Source of the DNA: Octopus vulgaris
Taxonomy: Eukaryota
Direction of reading: 5' to 3'
Assembly: GCA_951406725.2 (NCBI GenBank)
Contig: OX597824.1
Span: 40,982,001-41,046,000 of the forward strand
DNA length: 64,000 nt
The position numbers and the translations under genes were made by a program. A model generated the notes under the pieces. It saw only the letters and a program-made list of their open reading frames with translations. It did not search any database and was not told where the DNA came from. Below, one piece after another: positions 37,884-49,290 of this stretch (position 1 is its first letter; every line of letters begins with the position of its first letter).

Positions 37884-37921
<38 letters not shown>

Positions 37922-40900
37922 ATACATACATGCATATACATATTTGTGGCATCTGATTAATTATACACACATACACAAACATGTATAAAGTCATTTGATT
38001 CATTCCAGGACCTTGTGTGTTGATTGTTAAATAAAACGGCTTTTTGCAGAATTAATCATTCTTTATTTGTAATTAATAATTTAATTTCTTAATTGTCTTC
38101 TTGTCCTTTCACTCTCCCTCTTGTTTGTTTACATCTTTGTGTGTGTATGTGTGTGTCAATGTGCGTGTGTGTTTGCCCTCTCCCTCAACATGTCCTCATT
38201 TGGGGTGGGATGATTCATTCACATGTACTACAGACTTTGCATACATACACGTACTCATACACATACACAGCCCCAATCCACATTTGCACAAACATATACA
38301 TGCTACACACAATCCACACACATAAATACAGAACACTCTCTCAAACACACACCACTCACAACACAGTCTACTCATATACACAAATTACACACACACTCAC
38401 CATAATTACACACACACACACTCACACAATCCACATAATACAGTTTCTACACACACTCTACATGTGCTTATACACATGTACACACAATCCACATGTGCAG
38501 TTTACACACATGTGCAACATAGTTACATATCCATACATGCCCACAATGCACACACACACACCTCTATAATATACACCCCCCATATCCCTGCAACATACAC
38601 CCCCCACCACCACCACATATACTCTACATACACACAACATATGCCTCCCCGAACAATCCCTCACACAACACACACACACACATGTACACACACAATACAT
38701 CCTAATTGTCTAATGTCTCATTTTGTTTGACTGTTGATTATATTACTGAACAATTTCTACTGGTCAGGTCATGTCTCGGTGTTTATTTCTCAGTAATTAT
38801 TTTTTGGTGTTTACCTGTTAAATTAGTTAAATTTCAGTCACCAGTTATTACTGTTGTCATCTGTGTTGCTGTCTTTGTTGCTGCCACCACCACCACCACC
38901 ACCACCAGCATCACCACAACCTCCTCTGTGACCACTTCTACTTTCACTATCATTAATGTCACACCTGCTGTTGCCTGAGCTGTCACATTCATCATTGCCT
39001 TTGCTGTCACACCCTGCTGCTGTTTTCTTCGCTGCCACATCCTGCTGTTGCTGCTGTCTTTGCTGTCAAAACCTGAGGTCACCTTTGCTGTCACTGGCAG
39101 TTATCCTCACTGTCACCACAATCTCTGCTGTTATTTTCTGCAATCACAGACTTTCTCTTCCAGTGCAATAGTCAACCCTACCACCTTTTGTTGTTGTCCA
39201 CTTCCTTTATTATCATCATTTTTCTTACTTCTACCACCACTGCTAACTTTGTTACAATGACTCTCATCAAAATTGTATATGCTTAACTACATCTGCTACA
39301 CCTCACTTAAGGGGGGAAAAAAAAAGACTATTTGTAAGTGCTCAAGTTGAAAAAAGGAGCACAGGTCTGATCTTTTTTTTCTTGACCTCAGCCGAGTGAA
39401 AGCGTTAGATAGGTCCCTCCAGCCTAGGTTTGAACTTGGAATGTAAAGGATTGAAATAAATGAAATAAGTGTTGACAACATGCTAAAGGTGATCATTAAA
39501 CTTGTTTAGCTCCAGCTTAATTAAAGGTCTGTTCATATGAGAAATGAATGTAAAACTATGATCCCATTGCAGTTAATATTCCCATGGGATGTCCAGGAAA
39601 TTTATTCTCCATAACTGAGATCATCTAAGAATGATAAGAATAAGATGTTTTGTCCAGAAACACAATGAATCTATGAAACACCTTCAACTTAAATGGGTTA
39701 AGTTTTAAATAACCAATAAGGTAAAACAATAGCCAATAGTGATATATATATCGTCATCATCATTTTTCATCATAATTTTTATGCCTGTTTTTCCATGCTT
39801 ATATGGGTTGGATTGAGGTTTATTGAGGCAGGTTTTCTTTAGTCAGATATACCCAGTATACATTGTATTGTGGTTGGCATTAGGAAAAGCTGTAGAAACC
39901 ATGCCAAAGTAGGCACATGAGTACAATGCAGTCCTTAGGCCCATCAAATCACATCAAACCATCCAACCAATATCAGCATGGGAGATGGACATTAAATGAT
40001 GATGATGTGCACGGTGGATTAGATTGACTGCAGTATATTACTGGTACATCTATTGACCATAATAGGATGAAAGGCAAATTTGACCCCATTGGGACATTTT
40101 CTTGTGACAGGTTGTAACTAACTATAAGCCTTTTTGTTTGTTGCTTTACAATCTTGTCATTCCAGGACTCTTTGTGAATGCATAAATAGTACAAAGTACA
40201 AATATTCATCAGTTTCTATAACAGTTAAATAAATATTAATTTAAGAAATGTGCAGTGAAAATTGCATGTAAATAAATTCAGTGTGTATATTATAGTATAG
40301 AAGGGTAACCTATTTGTATTCTATTTTTGACATTTAATAAAACAGTAAGTTTAAGATAACATATATTGTAACATTTTTAACTATGATCTTTGAAATTCTT
40401 GGTTTGAAAAACTTAGTTCCAGGACTGGGCGATGCGTTGTGTTCTTGAACAAAACACATCATTTCATGTTGCTCGAGTCTACTCAGTTGGCAAAAATGAG
40501 TAATTCTGTGACAGACTAGCATCCCATCCAGGTGGGGAATATTTATGCCATGGAAACTACGAATCTATATGACTTGGAAAGAAAATTTGCTTACATAGAA
40601 AGAAAAGAAAACTGTTGTTGTTGTATATTTAACCCTTTTGTTGCTATATTCCTATTGAAATGCACTGCCTTTGTTACAAAAGATGGACAAAACCAACTAG
40701 CAGGAGACCCATGGTTAGACTATGATTAGCAAAATGGCTGGATAACATCCATGAGCTTGATTGGCCTTGTTTTAGGGGATCCAGCTAGATCAATTGGAGA
40801 TAGTTGCTTGTGACAGGACCTAATGGAAGGCATACTTGAGGACTCTGGCCCCACGATGCTCTCATGAATAAATGGGCAAAGAAAATGAGATGAGAGGAAC

Positions 40901-41047
40901 TTCGTCATTACTAGTCTGGTATTCGAAACCTAAATTAATCAGAGATTTTGACAGGGAAGTTTTAATTTAGGTCGCTTGAAAGCAAGTTTATATCACAGAA
41001 TAAGGAGTAGTCAAGGCAGGTTGGTATCAAATCTCTCTCAAATCATA

Positions 41048-41189
41048 TAGGCACAGGTTTGGCTGTGTTCCCAACCACTTGGTTCTGGGTTCAATCCCGC
41101 TTCATGGAACATTAGACAAGTGCCTTCTGCTTAAGCCTCAGGCCAACCAAAGCTTTTTGAGTTGATTTGGTAGATGGAAACTGAAAGAA

Positions 41190-41237
<48 letters not shown>

Positions 41238-41436
41238 CTTTGTCCCCCACCCCACCACTTAAGAACCTGTATTGGTTTGTTTATGTCCCCATAACTTAGT
41301 GGTTCAGCAAAAGAGAATGATAGAATAAGTACTAGGCTTTATAAAAGTATTGGGGTCAATTCATTCGATTAAAAAATGCTTCAAGGTGAGCCCCAGCATG
41401 GCCACAGTCTAATGACAAACAAGTAAAAGAATAAAA
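41048..41436 (+). mobile_element. SINE family A
   Basis: Family A head, core and tail with internal (TA)n(TG)n. Confidence 0.8.
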
Positions 41437-43618
41437 GGATACTCTCACATACAGAACATTAAATGAGCAAACAAAGGAGCTCCTGTGTAACCAATCAACC
41501 TAGAGAAATTGCACTGAAATTTCTATCAAATCATATCCTACCTTTGTCTTAAAGAAAGAAGTATATTTCAGAAAAAAGGGCATACTAGATGGCTTATATT
41601 ATGGTGGGGGGAAAAATGGAATAGTTATAAGTCTACCTTCTTATGATATAAACAATATATATACACACATACACACACACAAACACACAGAGGCTTCCTT
41701 CATATCGAAGATGGTACTGCTGCTACACAGACATCCAAAAGAAACTCATTTTGGTTGCTTAGCTGAGAATTTTTCCTTCACTAACATATCACATACTCTA
41801 TCTCTCTCTCTCTCTCCTTTATCCACTCCACAGTTGCAACGGTTTCTGTTCATTGGAACTAGCTACGTACTACCTCTCACCTAGAATAGCCATATCTCTT
41901 CCAGCTTTTCACCCTCAGTCTGTGTGCCAATCTTCTTTTCCAATCCACACAAGCTGCTATGCTATCAATCCTTACTCCTCAGAATGTCAACACTGGAAAA
42001 ACAATAAAAATGTGGTGAGATGGCAAAACACAGCTACTTGACAGAGTTGCTAAGGTATAGGACAACACACTTTGTGGTTTTCTGACTCTCTGCTCTTTGA
42101 GTTCAAATCCTATCACGATTAACTTTATCTTTCACCTTTTTGTTTGTCAATAAAATAACTGTTCAGGGTGGTGGATTAGTGAAATTGTTAGGACATCAAA
42201 TGGGATGTCTGGTGGTATTTATTTCATCTTCATGCATTCTGAGCTCCTGAGTGGTAGACATAAGCCATCACCCAGTTTAATTCCATCACTTGGTTTTTGG
42301 ATGTCTTTAGTGGAGTTTCACTCAGGCAAGCCTTTGGGATAGATAGGGCTTATAGTTTGAGAATGACTTTCTCCCACAAGTCTTTTGGAGACTCTGAAAA
42401 ATCTAAAGGACCATGGGTACTACCCTTCCCTCTTTGATTGAACAGCATTAACAAGAAATAATCTTTCATGCTTTGTTTTATCAGGGAAGAACAGTACTAG
42501 TGACCTTTTTATTTTTTAGAGCCTCTAATATTGGTGGGATGAAGTTATCCTCCAACTGTAGTAACCCCACCAATCATGGGTTCTGTCCCTGTCTTCTGAC
42601 TAAACCAAGAAACAAAATGTGTGTGTGTACACACACACACACACACTCTAAATATGTGAATACTATAAAGTGTTTATGAACTGAGTTTCTATGGCAAGTT
42701 GGATTCCTACTCTTAGCTGTAATTATTTTCTGGTTGAGGCAGGAGGACTTAACATTTCAAGTCAAGAGATGTTTACCATTGTACTTATGTAAATTCTGTA
42801 GGTCAGGAACTCTTGAAGGTAATCTATTAAAACCTGTTGTAGTCATGTTTTAGTTTGGTGTGTGTACTATCTCTTTCTCTCTCTCTCTCTTTCACATACA
42901 TGTATATACAAGAACTTAATTGTGCAAGCTCAGGAACCAGTGTTAGGTCAGTGTTTTATTTCAAGAGAGATTTCTTTTAATTTGTTTTATTACCAAGAAC
43001 CAGGTATATCCTTTGTACCTCATTGTACGTGTATATCTTTTTTTTTTTTCATTTCATAAAATTTTCATGTTTCCATTCCTACTCTATAGTCTGTATGGAC
43101 TGAGATAGTCCATTCCTGCTTGGATTCCACTAATACTGCACTGCCAACTAATATGCAAATCAGCTGAGTGTTCATATTAATCACAGTACATATAGAGGGA
43201 ATGTGAAGTTCTTATTTTTACAGGTGGCTTGATTACTTTTCTTAATGTTGACCACAATTCACTCAGGTTAGTTTGAAATATCATTTTACCTCAGATTTTC
43301 CTTTTGGGCTTTCTCTGACTGTTTGTCTGTCTGTCTTTCTCTCTCTCACTCTCTCATTGATTGGTATTACTCTTCAGTTATCTCTGTCACTATCTCTTTG
43401 GTTCTTTTGCCTGTTTGTTTTCCTATCAAATTATTACCCTCCCTTTCTTACTAAAAAAAACAAAAGCAAACAGAATGTATTGTTTAACTCCGTTGTTGTT
43501 TAATTATTTGATTATGGGATGAAATAGCAAGAGTGAGAGATGTGAGGAGTGAATAGTTTGCATACTTATTGTTTCACAATTTCCCATATGTAATGTATAA
43601 TGGGTGAGATTATTTGTA

Positions 43619-43686
43619 TGTGAATCACTATTGCAGTTATAATTATGTGAATCACTATTGCAGTTGTGATTATGTGAATCACTATA
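43619..43686. repeat. 27-bp tandem repeat, about 2.5 copies
   Basis: tgtgaatcactattgcagtt.t.atta repeated. Confidence 0.85.
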
Positions 43687-43924
43687 CTAATACTTGTGTG
43701 AACCACCAAAGCAGCAGTAATCTTATGTAAAGAATGTCTATCAGTATTGTTAATTGGTGCCTGAGTTGTTAGAGTATTAGATAAAGTGCTTAGCAATGTT
43801 TGTTCCAGCTCTCCACAATCTGAGTTCAAGTCCCGCTTCTGTCCACTTTATCTTTCATCCTTTTAAGGTTGATAAAGTATCGGTCCAAGGCAGTGGGTTG
43901 ATAGAGATGTTAAAGTGTTGAGCT

Positions 43925-44195
43925 TTTCATGCTCTTGCTTGACGGGGCTGGGGGTCATCCCAGGTTAGTGGCCCCAGAGATGTCATTATGTGTAGAGCTG
44001 ACCAGGTCCACCAGAGATCTCCCTTGCTGGTGGTCCTGTGCCAGTCTCTCTGCATCCTCCAAGGTGATGTTGAACTTCAGGAGATCTTCCTCAATCATGT
44101 TGAGCTGGATACCTTGTGGTATTTGTTCTATGTCTTGGTGTTTGAGTTAAAATTCTGCCTTGGTGCTGATGGCCAGGCTAATCACTCAACCACCT
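43925..44195 (-). mobile_element. Decayed RTE LINE 3' fragment
   Basis: Minus-strand peptide ..QLNMIEEDLLKFNITLEDAERLAQDHQQGRSLVDLVSSTH resembles the RTE C-terminal motif (DL..LNI.LEDA..LAQDR..WR.LV). Confidence 0.6.
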
Positions 44196-44589
44196 GAGCA
44201 CTCTGTCCAAATGCAATGAGCCAGCATGGAAAGGTGAGCTTACAATTAGATAAAGTTTCAATATGCTGTTGCAAGTTAACCTCGTAACATACTGGGACTT
44301 CAGCTAGCAGTAGATTAAAAAGAAAAAAAATTGCTGAATTGAAAAGAATTGAGGCATGCATTTATAAACAAAAGACTTGCTAATTAAACACTGCTCCTTC
44401 TGTTTATATACATTAATGCTTACATATGTATATCTCAGTTATTTTACATTTAGCTGGACCAATCCATTTATATCTTGCTCAATGATAGAATCCTGACTTT
44501 TCAATTGGAAATCCAACATATTTTATTGATTTTAATCACCGCTAACTCTTCTATACCTTTACATCAGGAGAAGTGGTGGTGGGGAGAGA

Positions 44590-44623
<34 letters not shown>

Positions 44624-45109
44624 GATAGTTTAGCTCTCACAATCAGTTGCAAACAATTCTGTTATAGTTTGATAATAATTAATAACATCAATACGAGATC
44701 TTGCTTTCACACACAAAGTGATCTTTTTATAGAATGGAACTGATATACATGTATGCTACCGTTACCATATCACCTCAAATAAGTGCCCAGATAATTAATT
44801 AGAACCATAATAACGAAAATATTTGACAGCTATATAGAACAGGCCAAATCATTATGTATAATAAGTTCCATTGGCGATTCCTTAAAGCTATTCTAGATGT
44901 TAGTATGGATAATGACCAGGTCTAGCTGCTGTTGAACTCCCTTATTGCTGCAGTGTTATTAATGTTGTGTTTAATTACTTATACAACCTCTGTTAAATGG
45001 TCCTTCACTCTGCCCTGTTTGATATTACTCTCTTGCCGACATTCTAATGGCATCTTTCCTCTCTTGCTGTTGCTCCTCTATTTTTCTATGTATGGAAGCA
45101 ATTCTTTGT

Positions 45110-45190
45110 GTTTTCATTTCCATGGGATCTCTCTCTCTGTCTCCCTCTCTCTCTCTTCCATTTTCAATGCATGATATGTTATGCTTCCTT

Positions 45191-45236
<46 letters not shown>

Positions 45237-45817
45237 GATTTGTTTGTTTGTGCTTTATCGTTTTACTATTATCTCTTAATGTCATTTCTTGCTATCAATG
45301 CTCAGGTGAATATTATTACTCTCTTTCTCCCTCTCTCTCTCTCATTCATCCCCTTTCATTATCATAACCTTTGCCTCCCTCCCTTCTTTTGTCTTTCTTT
45401 CACAAACAGTCTCTCATTTCTGTTGAAACACTCTCTCACACTTGCTCTCTGTCACTCACGTTTTTCTCTCTCTCTCTCTTTCATTACTTCTTTTTCTCAG
45501 TTTCTCCCACTCATACTATCCCTACTCTTACTATCTCTCTCTCATTTTCACTATTTCTTTCTCACTGTCTCGCTCTCTTTCTCAATTTCTCCCCCTCACT
45601 ATTTCTTTTTCACTGTCTTTACCCCTCCCACCCTTCTTTTATTATTTCTCATACTTTATCTCTCTCGCTGTCTGTCACTCAGTTTTCAACTAACCTTTCT
45701 CCCCCTCTCTCTTAAACTCTTCCCCTCTCCTACAGTCTCTTTGTACACTATTACATGCACACAGACACATGCAAACTCTTACATGCATACTTACATATGC
45801 ACACCTTTACACACATG

Positions 45818-45854
<37 letters not shown>

Positions 45855-46140
45855 TGTCTCACAGTTTCACTCACATTCACTCTCTCTCAATTACTATTCT
45901 TCTCATACATAATTCCCTCTCCTCTTTCACAATCTCACCTCCTTAGGTACATGCTTTTTTTCTTTCCCTCTCTCTCTCTCTCTCTCACACACTCATGCGC
46001 TCTCTTTTTCCTTTCCCCTTCTCTGATGTCTTTCATTTTATTTCTCCTCCATCATGCGATATGTTACACATTGTCTCTCTTTGCCTGTTTCTCTCTCTCT
46101 CTTCTCTCTCTGACCATTCTTATTTGTTTGCTTGTGTTTT
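45110..46140 (+). repeat. CT-rich low-complexity tract with (CT)n and (CA)n
   Basis: Explains the 346-aa Leu/Ser/Phe ORF 45108-46148. Confidence 0.85.
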
Positions 46141-46269
46141 TGTTGTAATTAATATTGAGACCCTGAACTAATCTACTTCTTCCAGGAACTCGTACACACA
46201 CACACATGCGCGCGTGCACAGCATAGGCACATACAGTGAAACATTCATCAGTAGTCATATTAAGCTTAA

Positions 46270-46660
46270 TAGGATATCATTGAGGGTTTTATTATTGCTT
46301 GTGAGAGTATAGAATATCATTCAGGTCTTTAGTTTGAGAATATGGTATATCATTGAAGTCATTATTATCGCATGTGAGACTATGGAATGTCATTGAAAGC
46401 ATGGGATATCATTGAGGTCTTTATTATCGCATATGAGGGATTATAGGATATTGGTGAGGTCTTTATTATATGTAAGAGTATGGGATATCATTGAGGTCTT
46501 TATTATCGCATATGAGGGATTATAGGATATTGGTGAGGTCTTTATTATATGTAAGAATATGGGATATCATTGAGGTCTTTATTATCGTATATGAGGGATT
46601 ATAGGATATCGGTGCAGTCTTTATTATATGTGAGAGTATGGGATATCATTGAGATCTTGA
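46270..46660. repeat. Tandem repeat with a 79-bp higher-order unit (dimer of ~40-bp monomers)
   Basis: atgggatatcattgaggtctttattatcgcatatgagggattataggatattggtgaggtctttattatatgtaagagt starts at 46401, 46480, 46559 and 46638. Diverged monomers occupy 46270-46400. Confidence 0.92.
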
Positions 46661-47727
46661 TTGTCACATTTGACAATATGTAATATTGTTTACTTGATAT
46701 CATTTACATCGATGAGACTGTATAATATTTACATCATTTTTATCATTTGTATATAAGTATGGATTATCATTTCAATTATTACATGTGAATATTATATTAC
46801 ACCCCCTCCCATGTACACTACTGATGGTTTAAGCAGTAACAGTGACCTCGATAGCTCTATATCTGACATCATTCTTCTAAATTACCAAAATTGCTAAAAA
46901 AATTGTACAATCTAGATTGAAGCTTGTGAAGTAGTGCATTTCAGATTTTTCTTTTATCAGTTTGCTTATTCTTAGCTGTGATCAAAAGGGAGATTTTGTT
47001 GCTATTTCTAGCAGGTCAGCTAACTCTATAGAGCATCACTTCTTGTCGACTTGCAATATCAGCATAATGTATTTTTTTTTTTTTAGCTTACTATTACTTA
47101 TCTAACTCTGGACTTTAGAATTATCTATATCCCAACAAGATTAGAACTTAATGACATGATGTAACTAACTCAGCGTTTTACTGTCTTGATCACAACACTC
47201 TATGGTTTATGAGCATTTATTACATTGGCACAAAGTAACAACAACCACCATATTACTACTAATATAGATTTCTTAACCATTTTGATACAGACTTGCCTAA
47301 AACCATTCCTAGTTCTGTGATGCACACTTCCGTTTTAAGATGGCCTAAATTAGAACATTCCATCAAATTTTGTTTTGTTGTTTTATGCTCCAAGTATCAG
47401 CTTAATAATGGACAAAGTTATTTTACCAAATTCTTTAATGCTGTTATGGACCTCTTATCTGGCTTCCAGAAACCCAGGAATACTGTGCCATACATACTAT
47501 GCTATAAATGTTGTGCACTGTATTGACTTAACAGACCCATTTTTTGAAGATAATTGATTTGTATACTGTCTGTTAAGAATAGTTATGTTCTTTTTACATC
47601 TTTATGTAAATTGATAAAGATTAAACATACTCTTTAGAAGCATATTATTTTGCAATTCTTTCTGTTACATAAAACCACGTTCTTTACTTTTCTTCATTTA
47701 ATTTTTATCATATAAACCTTATACTGT

Positions 47728-47779
<52 letters not shown>

Positions 47780-48059
47780 TACAGTATGATATATTATAAG
47801 AATTTGAAGTGGAGTAATAAATATCAAACAGACCTTCATAGTTTATTTCATAATTTAATGAGAAGTACCTGTAATTCGAAGACTGGCCTTGTCACATTCT
47901 GTGTCATGCTGAATCCCCCTGAGATCTACATTAAGGGTACGCATATCTCTGGAGTGCTCAGCCACTTGCACGTCAATTTCATGAGCAGGCTGTTCCATTG
48001 ATTGGATCAACCGATGGAGTTCCAGTTTTATTATTATTATTATTATCATTATTTATGTT

Positions 48060-48425
48060 GCTTTGTTTTATGCGAGTTGTTCAGAGTCTCACCACCTAGA
48101 GACTTCAAGTAACAGATGCTTTACTATGGGTGTTATTTATGATCAGTAATGATATATGGTTGGGGAAAGATCAGAATCTGAGTATTAAGTTTCTATTAAA
48201 TCTGTGATATTTCAATTTTGAAGGAGTTTAAGAGGATCTGGTATTTTCAGGTTCACAATATTTTTCTTATGATGTGGGCAATACCCATAATAAAAAATTT
48301 TTGTCGTTCTGATATTTTTGGGTTTCCTGATATTTGGCCGTTGAGTTTAAGGGCACCGTTTGATATCACCCCCAAAGCTCTGATGATTACAGTACAACTG
48401 TTGTTCTTAGATACCACACATTGGG
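48060..48425 (-). mobile_element. R4/Dong-like non-LTR retrotransposon 3' fragment (restriction-like endonuclease C-terminus)
   Basis: Minus-strand peptide VIIRALGVISNGALKLNGQISGNPKISERQKFFIMGIAHIIRKIL* matches the R4-clade end pattern PVVIGALG...LQK..LLGTAHILRKVL. Flanked on both sides by (TAA)n on its own strand. Confidence 0.7.
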
Positions 48426-48439
48426 GACCTTATCATAAT

Positions 48440-48495
48440 AATTATCATTATTGGATATTGTTGTTATTATTATTATTTCTTATTGGATACTGTTA

Positions 48496-48529
<34 letters not shown>

Positions 48530-48956
48530 GGATATTCTTATTGGATACTGTTATTATTTTATTATTTTTATTGAGTATTGTTATTATTATTGAATATTAT
48601 TATTTTATTATTATTGAATATTATTTTATTATTATTGAATATTATTTTATTATTATTGGATATTATTATTTTATTATCATTATTGCATATTATTTTATTA
48701 TTATTGAATATTATTTTATTATTATTGGATATTATTATTTTATTATCATTATTGCATATTATTATTATTTTATTATTATTGAATATCATTTTATTATTAT
48801 TGGATATTATTATTTTATTATCATTATTGCATATTATTATTATTTTATTATTATTGAATATTTTATTATTATTGGATATCATTATTTTATTATCATTATT
48901 AGATATTATTATTTTATTATCATTATTGCATATTATTATTATTATTATTATTATTT
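48440..48956. repeat. (TTA)n-derived compound satellite
   Basis: Units ttattattG(A/G/C)Atattattt with variable TTA number, often cycling GAA-GGA-GCA. Source of the Ile/Tyr/Asn-rich ORFs. Confidence 0.92.
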
Positions 48957-49119
48957 TGTCACCTGACGTGTAGTACACAGTGTATCTGTTCAGGCAATGT
49001 TGATATGGTGGAGAGAGTGAGCTAATGTACAGCACATGCATTTGATCTCTGTAAAGAAATCATTTGTGCAGGTTGTTCAGCAAAAGCTGGACACTCATAC
49101 ATCATCTTTGATAGGAGAG

Positions 49120-49290
49120 TCCATCAGTGGCTTTCAGTGTTGCTTTGAGTTGGTCTTTGTATGTTTGAAGAGGGCAGCCCTGTGGTCTTTTCCCTGAAGT
49201 GAGGTCACTGAATAAGACTTGATGTGGGAACCTTGACTCTTCCATTGTTGCTACATGTCCTGACCATCGAAGACAGTGTTTCATGATCAG
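49120..49290 (-). mobile_element. RTE (BovB-like) LINE fragment
   Basis: LRWSGHVATMEESRFPHQVLFSDLTSGKRPQGCPLQTYKDQLKATLK matches the RTE motif LRWAGHV.RM...R.P.Q.L..EL..GKR..G.P..RYKD.LK. Confidence 0.85.

Larger units (their letters stand above)
35499..37886. mobile_element. Putative TIR element with repetitive subterminal arms inserted in a (TA)n tract
   Basis: Left arm gtgtcatatgtaaattcattgcgg...attgcagtaaata...ggaatttca...cattgtaag (35499-35641) is inverted relative to the right arm cttacaatg...tgaaattcc...tatttactgcaat...ccacaatgaatttactagacac (37804-37886). (TA)n lies outside both ends. Confidence 0.6.

Noticed and set aside
42802-42818. Possible 17-nt microexon (tgtag|GTCAGGAACTCTTGAAG|gtaatc)
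   Set aside because: Weak pyrimidine tract, frame-shifting length and no supporting homology. Expected by chance.
45108-46148. 346-aa hydrophobic ORF
   Set aside because: Translation of CT/CA low-complexity DNA.
46270-46660. CRISPR-like periodicity
   Set aside because: Eukaryotic context, the units repeat without unique spacers and there are no cas genes.
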